Shown here: positions 31,172 through 40,709 of the stretch, piece by piece
Position numbering within the stretch: position 1 is the first letter of the stretch
How the letters are laid out: every line of letters begins with the position of its first letter
Assembly: GCA_045560295.1 (NCBI GenBank)
Contig: JBJKZL010000004.1
Span: 68,566 to 132,565, forward strand
Origin: Fidelibacterota bacterium
GTDB lineage: Bacteria > Fidelibacterota > Marinisomatia > Marinisomatales > Marinisomataceae
Length of the DNA stretch: 64,000 nt
Reading direction: 5' to 3'
Translations under genes and position numbers: made by a program
The notes under the pieces: generated by a model
Seen by the model: only the letters and a program-made list of their open reading frames with translations
Database searches by the model: none
Told to the model about the DNA's origin: nothing

Positions 31172-32833
31172 TCAAGCCTCTTTGTTAATTATTTTTTGCT
31201 GAGCTATTTGCATTACGTTAAAACACAAATAGTAGAGGTTAAGACCTGATGGGAAACTATAAAAAAGAAAAAACATCATTCCAGGAAACATATACTTCAT
31301 CATTTTTTGGGTAGCTTCCTGAGCGGGATCTCCGCCCGAAGGTTGGTTAGCCATTCCTGCTTGCATAGTGTAATACATTGAGGCCGACATTAAAAAAGGT
31401 AAAACGTTAAATGGAATTTCTCCAATAAAAAATAAGGTGTCTGCCGCAGAAAGATCGCTAATCCAAAAAACAAACGACTCTCCACGAAATTCAATTGTGT
31501 TCCTGAACACCATAAAAACGGACATTAGAACCGGCATCTGAATCAACATCGGTAAACAGCCAGCAAGGGGGTTAATTTTGTTTTCTTGAAACAATGCGGC
31601 TATTTTTTGTTGTTGTAAGGTTGGGTTGTTTTTGTATTTATTTTTAATATTATTTAGCAGGGGGTTAATCTCCTGCATCTTTTTAGAAGACCTTAGCTGT
31701 TTAGCCATTAAGGGGTATGTAACCACCTTAATTAGTATTGCAAAAAGAACAACCACAACTCCATAATTTGGTATAAGCCCATACATAAAAATCATAATAC
31801 TATACACCAACCAAGAAACGGAGGAAAGCCATTGCCAACCTAATATTTTTTCTTCAATTCCTACACCAAGACGACTTACCTCTCCATATTGAAGAGGACC
31901 AAAGTATAGGGTAGTTTCCTCAAAATTTATATTTTGATTTGTTATAATATCAACAGCAGCTCTATCTCCAGAAGAGTATTTTACAAGCTCAACAAACTCG
32001 GTTTTTTGAGGAACAAAAAAGATACCAAAGTATTTTGTTCTGTATCCCGCAAAGTCAGCAGGTCCGGTATATTGTTTTGCAGAACGCTCAACCGTACCAG
32101 AAGATGAACCAAAAAAGCTAGTAGACCCAGCCCTGAAAGACTCTATATCTCCACCCTGACCAACAAGACCCTCAAGAAACATTCCATCTTGAGAAGGTTC
32201 GGTAAGCGGCAACCCACCAAACCAGTCTAGTCTAAAGTTTCCATCTAAAACATCACCCCTTATATCCCTTAGGTTTGTATTAATAATAACTTCATAGCTG
32301 TTATAAGAAAACGTCAGATCTTTTTGAACAGCCCCACTACCAACCTGTAATATATAAGAAAGGGTAACTGTTGGGTTTTCTTCGCTCAGAACAAAAGAGC
32401 CATTTTCTTCAACGGATGGTATATTTGATTCTGCCCAAAAATCATCTAAAAAAACCTCTTCACCAGATTGATTAATATAAGAAACGAGAAGATTATTTTT
32501 ATTTTCAGTATCAATAAGGTTAAGAGTGTTCTCATTCACCTTAAGGTGTTTTGTAACTAAAAAAGAATTTAAGGAACCACCGTTTTTGTTGCTAATACCA
32601 GCGGTAAAAAGAGGCGTTTCCACCGTAAACACACTTTCTGAAAGACCAGAAGGGGTTTGAGTGGGGGAAAGTGAGGCTGTAGGAATGTTTTTTTCCACCT
32701 CTTGAACAACGCTTTCAACGGGAGAGGTAGCATCATTTTCTTGGGGTTCTGGGGAAATAAAATCAAGATATGTTGGCCAAAATAAAAGGATTGCCCCTAT
32801 TAAAATAAACCCAATGAGCGTTTTTTGATCCAT
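31172..32833 (-). CDS. yidC: membrane protein insertase YidC
   Basis: ORF 553 aa. N-terminal TM, large periplasmic domain, and a C-terminal 5-TM core with GCLPMLIQMPVL. Confidence 0.9.
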   Translation of the reverse strand: MDQKTLIGFILIGAILLFWPTYLDFISPEPQENDATSPVESVVQEVEKNIPTASLSPTQTPSGLSESVFTVETPLFTAGISNKNGGSLNSFLVTKHLKVNENTLNLIDTENKNNLLVSYINQSGEEVFLDDFWAESNIPSVEENGSFVLSEENPTVTLSYILQVGSGAVQKDLTFSYNSYEVIINTNLRDIRGDVLDGNFRLDWFGGLPLTEPSQDGMFLEGLVGQGGDIESFRAGSTSFFGSSSGTVERSAKQYTGPADFAGYRTKYFGIFFVPQKTEFVELVKYSSGDRAAVDIITNQNINFEETTLYFGPLQYGEVSRLGVGIEEKILGWQWLSSVSWLVYSIMIFMYGLIPNYGVVVVLFAILIKVVTYPLMAKQLRSSKKMQEINPLLNNIKNKYKNNPTLQQQKIAALFQENKINPLAGCLPMLIQMPVLMSVFMVFRNTIEFRGESFVFWISDLSAADTLFFIGEIPFNVLPFLMSASMYYTMQAGMANQPSGGDPAQEATQKMMKYMFPGMMFFLFYSFPSGLNLYYLCFNVMQIAQQKIINKEA

Positions 32834-32834
32834 A

Positions 32835-32975
32835 CTAAGAAGAAACGGTTAGTTTTTTACGACCCTTTTTTCTTCTTGCGGCTAATACTTTTTTTCCACC
32901 CACACTAGAGTTTCTTTCCATAAAGCCATGCTTGTTTTTTCTTTTCCTATTACTAGGTTGATACGTTCTTTTCAT
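32835..32975 (-). CDS. rpmH: 50S ribosomal protein L34
   Basis: Not in the ORF track (46 aa). Hand translation gives [46 protein letters not shown], the classic L34 sequence. The TAG stop lies 1 nt before the yidC ATG. Confidence 0.9.
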   Translation of the reverse strand: MKRTYQPSNRKRKNKHGFMERNSSVGGKKVLAARRKKGRKKLTVSS

Positions 32976-33005
32976 AATACTTTGTTGCCGAAATATAGCC
33001 CAATA

Positions 33006-33026
33006 TTATTGTTTGTGAAACAATAA
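33006..33026. promoter_or_regulatory. perfect inverted repeat TTATTGTTT-GTG-AAACAATAA in the rpmH/dnaA divergent region
   Basis: 9-bp arms with a 3-bp spacer, read directly from the sequence. No downstream T-run, so operator-like rather than terminator-like. Confidence 0.4.
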
Positions 33027-33126
33027 AAACTATCTTAAAAAAGAGCAAATACAAAGAAAAGTTCTGGTTATAGGTAAAAAAGAATGTTAATCTAAGGGAT
33101 AGAGTTTATTATTTTTGTTAACAACT

Positions 33127-33135
33127 TGTGGATAA
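33127..33135 (-). promoter_or_regulatory. perfect DnaA-box 9-mer (TGTGGATAA) abutting the dnaA start codon
   Basis: Exact consensus 2 nt upstream of the dnaA ATG (33138). This position fits dnaA autoregulation and/or oriC. Confidence 0.55.
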
Positions 33136-33137
33136 CT

Positions 33138-34478
33138 ATGGACTATAAAAAAATTTGGAATAAAACGAAAAAAAGTCTCAAGCAGGTTTTACCGGAGCAC
33201 GGATATGAGGCTTGGATCGAGACATTGTCTCCAGTTGGGGCAACAAATAACATATTTATATTAGAGGCCCCTAACCAATTTGCACATGATTGGATTGTTA
33301 ATAATTATCAAGATTTAATCGTTTCATCCCTTAGAGAGCACGAAAAAAAGCTAGAACTAAGGGTTGCCATTGCCCCTCAGTCACAACAAAATGTTGTAGC
33401 AACAAGCTTAGCAAACAGCGAGCCCGTCAAACAAAGCAATACGGGAAGAAGGCACAATATTAATGTTGGAAACACCTTCGAGTCCTTCATTGAAGGACCA
33501 AACAGTGTCTTTGCAAAGAACGCAGCCCTAAACGTTTCTAAAAACCCGGGCTCCAGCGACTTCAACCCACTTATTATATATGGGGGGGTTGGTTTGGGCA
33601 AAACCCACCTACTACACTCAATTGCTAACACGTTAATTAGGGGAAAAAAACAACTAAATGTTGTTTTGGCATCTTCTGAAAAGTTTACAAACGACTTCAT
33701 AGCAAGTATCCAAGAAAATAGATCCATGGATTTTTCAAAAGTATACAGAAAAGCAGATGTCTTACTTATAGACGACATACAGTTTTTTCAGGGAAAAGAA
33801 CAAACACAAGAACAGTTTTTTCACACCTTCAACGACCTTTTTACGGCGGGAAAACAAATTGTAATGACGGCAGATAGATATCCAGGAGAGATGGTTGGTC
33901 TTCAAGATAGGCTCCTTTCCAGGTTTGAATCGGGCCTTCATGCAGATATTCAACCACCAGACTTTGAAACCAGGGTCGCTATATTGTCAAAAAAAGCACA
34001 ACAAAATAATGTAAAAATTCCAAGCGTTTTTTTAGAAAAGATAGCCTCGCATGTAAGAACAAACATCAGAGACCTTGAAAGCTGTGTAACTAAAATTTTC
34101 GCACACGCAACTTTTTCTGGAGAAGACATAAGCGAAGCACTCGTAGAGTCTATTATAAGAGAAAGGCTTGGAGACCAAGGTTATGGGCAGGCAACAATGC
34201 AAGACGTAATTAGTGGAGTGTGTAGCATTTTTGCAGTAAGCCATGAAGAAATTGTAGGACAATCCAGAAGAAAAAATATAGCCGAAGCAAGGCAGGTGGC
34301 TGCATACTTGGCGAGAGAGGTTTTAGATATGCCACTAAATGCAATAGGGCTGCACCTTGGTGGAAGAGATCACACAACCGTTATGCACTCTCATAAAAAA
34401 GTTACAGAGCTTCTAAAAAAGGACGAAAAATTTAAAAGACGTGTAGATATTATATATAATGAGTTAAATTTAAACTAG
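33138..34478 (+). CDS. dnaA: chromosomal replication initiator DnaA
   Basis: ORF 33126..34478. Walker A GGVGLGKTHLL, Walker B LLIDDIQF, C-terminal DNA-binding GGRDHTTVMH. Start trimmed from the TTG at 33126 to the ATG at 33138 (MDYKKIWN). Confidence 0.95.
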   Translation: MDYKKIWNKTKKSLKQVLPEHGYEAWIETLSPVGATNNIFILEAPNQFAHDWIVNNYQDLIVSSLREHEKKLELRVAIAPQSQQNVVATSLANSEPVKQSNTGRRHNINVGNTFESFIEGPNSVFAKNAALNVSKNPGSSDFNPLIIYGGVGLGKTHLLHSIANTLIRGKKQLNVVLASSEKFTNDFIASIQENRSMDFSKVYRKADVLLIDDIQFFQGKEQTQEQFFHTFNDLFTAGKQIVMTADRYPGEMVGLQDRLLSRFESGLHADIQPPDFETRVAILSKKAQQNNVKIPSVFLEKIASHVRTNIRDLESCVTKIFAHATFSGEDISEALVESIIRERLGDQGYGQATMQDVISGVCSIFAVSHEEIVGQSRRKNIAEARQVAAYLAREVLDMPLNAIGLHLGGRDHTTVMHSHKKVTELLKKDEKFKRRVDIIYNELNLN

Positions 34479-34498
34479 AATATTATAAAGGGAAAAAG

Positions 34499-34945
34499 AT
34501 GGCAAAAGGAACAGTAAATAAGGTAACATTAATTGGAAGGTTGGGGCAGGATCCAGAAATTAGATTTTCTGGAGATGGTAAAGCAATAGCCTCTTTTAGT
34601 GTAGCAACCAATGAAAGTTGGAAAGATAAAAACGGAGAAGTTCAAGAGAGAACAGAGTGGACAAAATGTACAGCCTTTGGAGGTACAGCTGAAAAATATA
34701 TTCAGCCATATGTCAAAAAAGGAAGTCTGGTTTACATCGAGGGCTCACTAAAAACAGATAAGTGGCAAGACAAGGATGGAAACGATAAATACTCTACGGG
34801 TGTTGTACTAAATAACTTTGGTGGAATACAAATTTTAGGCGGCGGAGAAGGTGGAAACTATGAAAGATCCGGCGGAATGGACCAATCACCAAAAACCTCA
34901 GAAGAAAATACAAGTCAAGTTACAGAAGACGACCTGCCTTTCTAG
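34499..34945 (+). CDS. ssb: single-stranded DNA-binding protein
   Basis: ORF 148 aa. OB-fold N-terminus NKVTLIGRLGQDPE, Gly-rich linker, acidic tail EDDLPF. Confidence 0.95.
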   Translation: MAKGTVNKVTLIGRLGQDPEIRFSGDGKAIASFSVATNESWKDKNGEVQERTEWTKCTAFGGTAEKYIQPYVKKGSLVYIEGSLKTDKWQDKDGNDKYSTGVVLNNFGGIQILGGGEGGNYERSGGMDQSPKTSEENTSQVTEDDLPF

Positions 34946-34954
34946 TTTTTTGCA

Positions 34955-35581
34955 GTGAAAACATCAAAACCGAGAAGCAGAACAACAAGAACACTTTTAA
35001 GCTACGTTTCGGCTTTTATTTGTTTCGTGCTGGCCCCAATAAGTGTTAGTGGCAAACAAAACTTACCAAAAACTGGCCCCTATATTTTAGCGCCCAACCA
35101 CATTCACAACATAGACCCCTTTCCACTTTCGGGGGCGATAAAAAAACCAATTACTTTTCTAATGGCAGAAGACCAGAACCCACTAAGGTGGTATGAGGCC
35201 TGGGCCCCACTTTCTTATGGAGTCCTTTTGGTTAATAGAAAAAAAATACAACCATCAACAATAAAAGCCCTTCACAGGCAGATTAAAAAAAATGAAATAA
35301 TATGTATTTTCCCGGAGGGTACAGCATTAAGTACCAAACTAAAAGAGGGTAAAAACGGAGCTTCATTTTTTGCAGCGCGACACGAAATACCAATAGTACC
35401 GGTGGCTATATTTGGGACAGAAAAGGTTTTACCTGCACTAAAAAGGTTTAAAAGAATAAATATTAATATTACTTTTGGTAAACCAATACTTGCTACAAGT
35501 GAAGACAAAAAAAATATATCTGCATTGACAAAAAAAACAATGAGATCAATTAGAGGGATGTTACCAGAAGAATATTGTTAA
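34955..35581 (+). CDS. 1-acyl-sn-glycerol-3-phosphate acyltransferase family protein (PlsC-like)
   Basis: ORF 208 aa. HX4D motif in NHIHNIDP, FPEGT motif, N-terminal TM. GTG start. Confidence 0.8.
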   Translation: MKTSKPRSRTTRTLLSYVSAFICFVLAPISVSGKQNLPKTGPYILAPNHIHNIDPFPLSGAIKKPITFLMAEDQNPLRWYEAWAPLSYGVLLVNRKKIQPSTIKALHRQIKKNEIICIFPEGTALSTKLKEGKNGASFFAARHEIPIVPVAIFGTEKVLPALKRFKRININITFGKPILATSEDKKNISALTKKTMRSIRGMLPEEYC

Positions 35582-35593
35582 CAAGGAGAAAAT

Positions 35594-35950
35594 ATGATTT
35601 ATAATTTAGAGATATCAGCAAACCTAGCTTTTGACTTACTACGAATTTTATTAGCTGTTTCACTTTTTTTCGTTTGGGTTGTTAGGTATGACAATATAGT
35701 TAAAGAGTTTAGAGATGACTATAACCTTCCAAACTGGTTAAGGGACTTGGTAGGAATAATTAAGCTGTCTTGCGCGGGAATGATATTAACAAACGACACC
35801 CAACTACAAATAGTTGCATTGATGTCAATCGCCTTTTTAATGTGTGCTGCTGTTGCAACTCACATAAGGGTAAAAAACCCTATACACAAAATGCTGCCGG
35901 CTATAGCACTATTAACCGTCTGCTTGTCTATGTTGTTTTTGGTTTTTTAG
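35594..35950 (+). CDS. small 4-TM membrane protein, DoxX-like
   Basis: ORF 118 aa. Hydrophobic profile and size fit the DoxX family; no diagnostic motif seen. Confidence 0.45.
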   Translation: MIYNLEISANLAFDLLRILLAVSLFFVWVVRYDNIVKEFRDDYNLPNWLRDLVGIIKLSCAGMILTNDTQLQIVALMSIAFLMCAAVATHIRVKNPIHKMLPAIALLTVCLSMLFLVF

Positions 35951-36948
35951 TTGTTAAGAAAAACAATCTTACCTAAAACCCTACGCTTAGCTATATCTTC
36001 AATAGAAGAAACGGCATCCTTCATTGGAATGGTTTTAGATATAAGGGGATTAATTTTACCATCAGCTAGCAATTTCCCTATAGTGTTTAGGTTTTTGGCG
36101 TAAACGGCCGACTCCTCCTTTTGAAAGCGCCCGATAAAAACACCAGAAACAGCACACCCCTTTAACAGCATAAGGTTAGCGGGGAAGGACGGAATTTTAC
36201 CTGCAGCAAAACCCACCACCAAATAAGTTCCTGCCCAACCAATAGATCTTAGTGCTGGCTCAGAAAAACAATCTCCCACAGGATCATATATAATAGAATA
36301 ACCACCATTTTTACTCTTTGATTTTAATTCTTTAGTAAAAGCTACTTGGCCATCCTTATCTAGTTTTTCACTTCCATAAACTACAACGTCGTCGGCACCA
36401 TACTCCACACAAATCGCTGCCTTTTCTTTGTTTGATACAGCTGCTACCACACGAGCTCCATATGCCTTTGCTATGTCGACTGCAGCTAAACCCACACCTC
36501 CCGCAGCACCCAAAACCAACACTTCATCCTTTTCACCAATATTTGCTCTTTGAACTAGGGCGTGTAAGCTCGTACCATATACCATAAAAACACCGGCGGC
36601 TATATGGTGAGGAAAGGATGGTGGAATAGGAAAGGCAAACGTTTCGTGAACTACGATTTTTTCTGCAAAAGCCCCAAAGCCCTTAAAAAAAACTACACCA
36701 TCCCCAACCTTTAGAGAAGAAACATTTTTACCGACTGAGCTTATAGTTCCAGCGCCTTCATGGCCCGGAGAAAAGGGAAGGTCTGGTTTAAACTGATATA
36801 ACCCCTGTACAATTAAATTATCAGGATAGTTTAGACCGGCAGCCTTTATATCAATAACAATTTCGTTGGGCCCAGCGATAGGATCTGCAGTTTCCTCCCA
36901 GGAAAGCTGAGATACTGGACCAAATTCTTTACACAATAAAGCCTTCAT
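35947..36948 (-). CDS. NADPH:quinone oxidoreductase / zinc-type alcohol dehydrogenase superfamily (MDR)
   Basis: ORF 333 aa. GHEGAGTI, and the nucleotide-binding VLGAAGGVGLAAV. Last gene of the minus-strand pur array (8-nt gap after purH). Confidence 0.8.
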   Translation of the reverse strand: MKALLCKEFGPVSQLSWEETADPIAGPNEIVIDIKAAGLNYPDNLIVQGLYQFKPDLPFSPGHEGAGTISSVGKNVSSLKVGDGVVFFKGFGAFAEKIVVHETFAFPIPPSFPHHIAAGVFMVYGTSLHALVQRANIGEKDEVLVLGAAGGVGLAAVDIAKAYGARVVAAVSNKEKAAICVEYGADDVVVYGSEKLDKDGQVAFTKELKSKSKNGGYSIIYDPVGDCFSEPALRSIGWAGTYLVVGFAAGKIPSFPANLMLLKGCAVSGVFIGRFQKEESAVYAKNLNTIGKLLADGKINPLISKTIPMKDAVSSIEDIAKRRVLGKIVFLNN

Positions 36949-36956
36949 AATTCCTC

Positions 36957-38447
36957 CTAGTGTTTAAAAACCCTTGTGTCCGTAAAGACCATTGAAATCT
37001 TATGTTCGTTGCAAGCTACTATAACTTCATCGTCTTTTATTGAACCACCCGGCTGTATGATAGATTTAATTTTGTGTTTCCCCATTAAATCAATAGAGTC
37101 CCTAAATGGAAAAAAAGCATCAGAGGCAAGAACCGCACCAGGAGGTATTTTTGTTTTAGTAAGCGCATATTTAACAGCATCAACGCGGCTAGTTTGTCCT
37201 CCAGAAATACTAACTATTTTTTTATTGTGTGCAACAACTATTGCATTAGATTTTGCGTGCTTGACTGCTTTCCAGGCAAGCTCAAGAGTTAAAAGCTCGG
37301 TCCTTGTAGGCGTTTTTTTAGTAACAGTTTTGAGTTTTGAAAAATTTATTTTTGAAAGATCTGTATCTTGAACGACCCAACCGCCAGCAATCTCTTTTCC
37401 AACGCTCTTTTTGGGTTTGAAACCACCCATAGACAGTATGCGGAGGTTTTTCTTTTTTGAAAAGACGGCCAGCGCTTCAACATCAAAGTTGGGAGCAATA
37501 ATTATTTCAAAAAACATTTTATTTAGTTCTTTTGCTGTAGACACATCACACTTTTTGTTCATTGCAACCACCCCACCAAAAGCTGAAAGAGGGTCTACCC
37601 CTAAAGCGTTTAGAAATGCCGACCTCGGTGTTTTAGCAGAGCCTATTCCACAGGGCGAACCGTGCTTTACAATAACGCAAGAAGGTTTTTTAAATTCATG
37701 AAGGCACAAAAGAGCGGCTTCACCGTCAAGAAAATTATTATAAGACATCTCTTTTCCTTGAAGTTGTTTTGCTTGGGGCAGACCAAATGAACCACCCTTT
37801 TCTTTTAATACAAAAGCTTTTTGGTGTGGATTTTCGCCGTACCTTAAATGCACAGCTGACTCTTCAAGTTCTGTAGAAATTGCACGGTCATAAGACGCAC
37901 AGTGATCAAACGCCCTTCCCGCTAGCCCCAACCTTTCGTTTGCTTTTATGCCCCCAGTAGCAATTGATTTTTGTATGTTTTTATAGTCATCGGGGTTAAT
38001 TACAACGGTTACCCACCTATTGTTTTTGGCCGCCGCCCTTATCATGGTTGGTCCGCCAACATCAATGTTCTCTATTTTTTCTTCAAGAGATGAATTCGGG
38101 TTTTGAGCAATCTTTTGAAAAGGGTATAGATTGCAAATAACCATGTCAATCCATTGAACCTTATTCTTTTTTGCCTCCTTTACGTCTTTATCTCTTTGCC
38201 CCAAAATACCTCCTGCAATATTTGGATGAATTGACTTAACGCGCCCACCAAATATTTCTGGAAACTTGGTTAAAGAAGAAACAGACTTAACCTTTATGTC
38301 ATTTTCTTTTAGTTTTTTTGCAGTGCCACCAGTAGCTATAATTTTTACACCACTTTCTTGTAAAAAACGAGCGAACGACACAATACCGGTTTTGTCAGAC
38401 ACAGAAATTAGTGCCGTTTTTGGAATAATTTTATTTGATAAAACCAT
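36957..38447 (-). CDS. purH: bifunctional AICAR transformylase / IMP cyclohydrolase
   Basis: ORF 496 aa. N-terminal MGS-like ALISVSDKTG...GGTAKKL and the C-terminal AICARFT domain. Confidence 0.95.
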   Translation of the reverse strand: MVLSNKIIPKTALISVSDKTGIVSFARFLQESGVKIIATGGTAKKLKENDIKVKSVSSLTKFPEIFGGRVKSIHPNIAGGILGQRDKDVKEAKKNKVQWIDMVICNLYPFQKIAQNPNSSLEEKIENIDVGGPTMIRAAAKNNRWVTVVINPDDYKNIQKSIATGGIKANERLGLAGRAFDHCASYDRAISTELEESAVHLRYGENPHQKAFVLKEKGGSFGLPQAKQLQGKEMSYNNFLDGEAALLCLHEFKKPSCVIVKHGSPCGIGSAKTPRSAFLNALGVDPLSAFGGVVAMNKKCDVSTAKELNKMFFEIIIAPNFDVEALAVFSKKKNLRILSMGGFKPKKSVGKEIAGGWVVQDTDLSKINFSKLKTVTKKTPTRTELLTLELAWKAVKHAKSNAIVVAHNKKIVSISGGQTSRVDAVKYALTKTKIPPGAVLASDAFFPFRDSIDLMGKHKIKSIIQPGGSIKDDEVIVACNEHKISMVFTDTRVFKH

Positions 38448-38836
38448 TATACCTCTGGAAGCTGAGGCCCTTTTTTGTTTACAAGCTTGTCTCTATAGGC
38501 AAGCGCTACGAGAGCCAAAGCCAGAAGCGCAATAGACGCAGACAAGAAAAGCGAATCAAGCCCTTCAACAGTCTCAAAAGAAATGTGTCGAGCCAAAGCA
38601 AACATCCCAATATATAAAGGATACCTTACTGGAATTTTACCGGTTGAAAAGAAAATATTTACCATCTGCATAATTTCAAGATATATAAAGAGCATCAACA
38701 CGTTTTGCACCTTAATAACTCCAGAAGAAATTGCGTTGTTAATTTCGTACCCACAGAGAAATAACACCATCCCTAAAATAACAAGATGTAGTCCTTTTTC
38801 TATAAATGACGTTAATTGATATACCATACTATTCAT
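38447..38836 (-). CDS. PsiE-like (phosphate-starvation-inducible E family) 4-TM membrane protein
   Basis: ORF 129 aa. LMLFIYLEIMQMVNIFFSTGKIPVRYPLYIGMFALARHI aligns by eye with the E. coli PsiE core ([37 protein letters not shown]). Overlaps purN by 4 nt and purH by 1 nt. Confidence 0.6.
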   Translation of the reverse strand: MNSMVYQLTSFIEKGLHLVILGMVLFLCGYEINNAISSGVIKVQNVLMLFIYLEIMQMVNIFFSTGKIPVRYPLYIGMFALARHISFETVEGLDSLFLSASIALLALALVALAYRDKLVNKKGPQLPEV

Positions 38837-39405
38837 TTTTTACCCCATGATTTAATTGATTCTATAAATGCTTCACCTTCAAGCCGTTGGACCCTATTTT
38901 TTAGGCTTTCAACGGTATCGTTTTTAAACACACCACATTTTTTTTGCACCACAATTGGACCTTGATCTACCTGTGTAGTAACCAGGTGAATTGTACACCC
39001 AGTTTCTTTGTCTTCATTTTTTAAGACAGATTCATGAACGTTGTTGTTCATCCCGCCGGCGTACTTTGGCAATAAAGACGGATGGACGTTTAATATTTTT
39101 TTATCCCACATTTTAATAAAAGGCGCCGATAATATTCTCATAAATCCAATCAGCAAAACCAAATCTACCTCTTTTTCAAGCAACTTTTTACTGATTTGTT
39201 TATCAAATTCTTCCCTGCTTTTATTTTTATGATCAATAAACGCAAAGTCAACACCGTATTTTAGTGCCTTATCTGCTATAAGCGCATCTTTGTTGTTTGT
39301 AATAATAATTTCAATAGATGCATCGAGCTCTCCCGCTATAATAGCGTCTGCAATAGGGGGCACGTCACTGCCCTTTGTAGAGCCCAATATTCCGAGTTTA
39401 ATCAC
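38833..39405 (-). CDS. purN: phosphoribosylglycinamide formyltransferase
   Basis: ORF 190 aa. NVHPSLLPKYAG motif and CTIHLVTTQVDQGPI. Confidence 0.92.
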   Translation of the reverse strand: MIKLGILGSTKGSDVPPIADAIIAGELDASIEIIITNNKDALIADKALKYGVDFAFIDHKNKSREEFDKQISKKLLEKEVDLVLLIGFMRILSAPFIKMWDKKILNVHPSLLPKYAGGMNNNVHESVLKNEDKETGCTIHLVTTQVDQGPIVVQKKCGVFKNDTVESLKNRVQRLEGEAFIESIKSWGKK

Positions 39406-40709
39406 CTTAAAATCTCCTTCATATGTTTGATGCGCAGGTTGATAAGCGCCCCCGTTCCTATATCTTTTCGATGAAACAGGTTTCCCCTAACCCCAGAAAC
39501 GCCTTTTTCAGCAAGTTTTTCTGCAATACCAATTTTTTGATTTATCCCAACAAAGGCTGCAGTTCTTGATCCGGTAGCTATAAGCCCACCGGCTGTTTTT
39601 TGTACGGCAGCAAGGTAAAGATTATGATCCTCTGGATTACAAAAAACCTCGAAATTTTTACTGGGACTATCTGGGTATCCAACCGGTACTGCATATTTAC
39701 AAACAGTAGCTTCGTTTTTAAAACTAATTTTCAAACTAGCAAGAGATCCAGAAACAATAGCATTACATATTTCAATAAAGTCAGTCTCTAGTATGCTTAA
39801 GACGTTCATTGCTTCAGGATCACCAAACCTTGCATTATACTCAATAACCTTAACACCTTTTTTTGTCAACATAAAACCCCCATATAAAATACCACGAAAG
39901 CGCTGACCCGTCTGTTTATAAAGCTCTAGAGCAACGCGCTCATTGGTTTGTTGAGCGTCAAGCACATCTTGTTTTGAGAGAAAGGGAAGGCTGTGGTTTG
40001 CAAAAGAATATGTTCCCATTCCACCTGTGTTTGGGCCAGTGTCGCCCTCAAAGGCTCTTTTGTGATCTTGAACAACGGGCATGTGAGCACATGACGTGCC
40101 ATCACAAAAGCTCATTAAAGAAAACTCTTCCCCTAAAAATTTTTCTTCAACCAAAAAGGTACCACCACCATTTATTATGGAGCTAGCATAGGAAAGCGAA
40201 TCTTCAATTGAGTGAAGATGTTCGCCAGAAATTTTTACACCCTTCCCGCCCATTAAGCCATCATATTTAATAACATAATCTTCGTTTAGGTGTTGTAAGA
40301 ACTCTTTAGCGCCATCAATAGAATCAAACTCTTTTCTTTCGGGGTTTTTTTCAGGACAACACAGGTCTAAAATGTTTCTTGCAAAAGCCTTACTAGTTTC
40401 AATTTTCGCAACAGCCCTTTTAGGCCCAACACAACCTATACCAATCTCCTCTAGCGCATCGACAAGACCTGCTTCTAGCGGATTTTCTGGTCCAACAACG
40501 GCAAGATTGATAGATAGGTTATTTATTAATTTCAACACCCCAGAAACATCAGTTGGAGATTGTTCAAAATATTGTTCTGATAATTGTTCTATTTGGGGAT
40601 TAGTAGTGGGGGCAATACAGTAAAGAAGGGTGGGGGTAATACTTTCATTAATTTTTTTAGCTATAGCAACCTCTCTTGCGCCAGAACCAATTAAAAGTAC
40701 GCCAACCAT
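39402..40709 (-). CDS. purD: phosphoribosylamine-glycine ligase
   Basis: ORF 435 aa. ATP-grasp fold with GPNTGGMG, and NARFGDPE. Confidence 0.95.
   Translation of the reverse strand: MVGVLLIGSGAREVAIAKKINESITPTLLYCIAPTTNPQIEQLSEQYFEQSPTDVSGVLKLINNLSINLAVVGPENPLEAGLVDALEEIGIGCVGPKRAVAKIETSKAFARNILDLCCPEKNPERKEFDSIDGAKEFLQHLNEDYVIKYDGLMGGKGVKISGEHLHSIEDSLSYASSIINGGGTFLVEEKFLGEEFSLMSFCDGTSCAHMPVVQDHKRAFEGDTGPNTGGMGTYSFANHSLPFLSKQDVLDAQQTNERVALELYKQTGQRFRGILYGGFMLTKKGVKVIEYNARFGDPEAMNVLSILETDFIEICNAIVSGSLASLKISFKNEATVCKYAVPVGYPDSPSKNFEVFCNPEDHNLYLAAVQKTAGGLIATGSRTAAFVGINQKIGIAEKLAEKGVSGVRGNLFHRKDIGTGALINLRIKHMKEILR

Noticed and set aside
32834-33125. An rnpA gene nested over rpmH in another frame (Thermus-style), or hidden in the rpmH-dnaA gap.
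   Set aside because: No minus-strand ORF of 60 aa or more covers this interval in the track, and the gap is only 162 bp.
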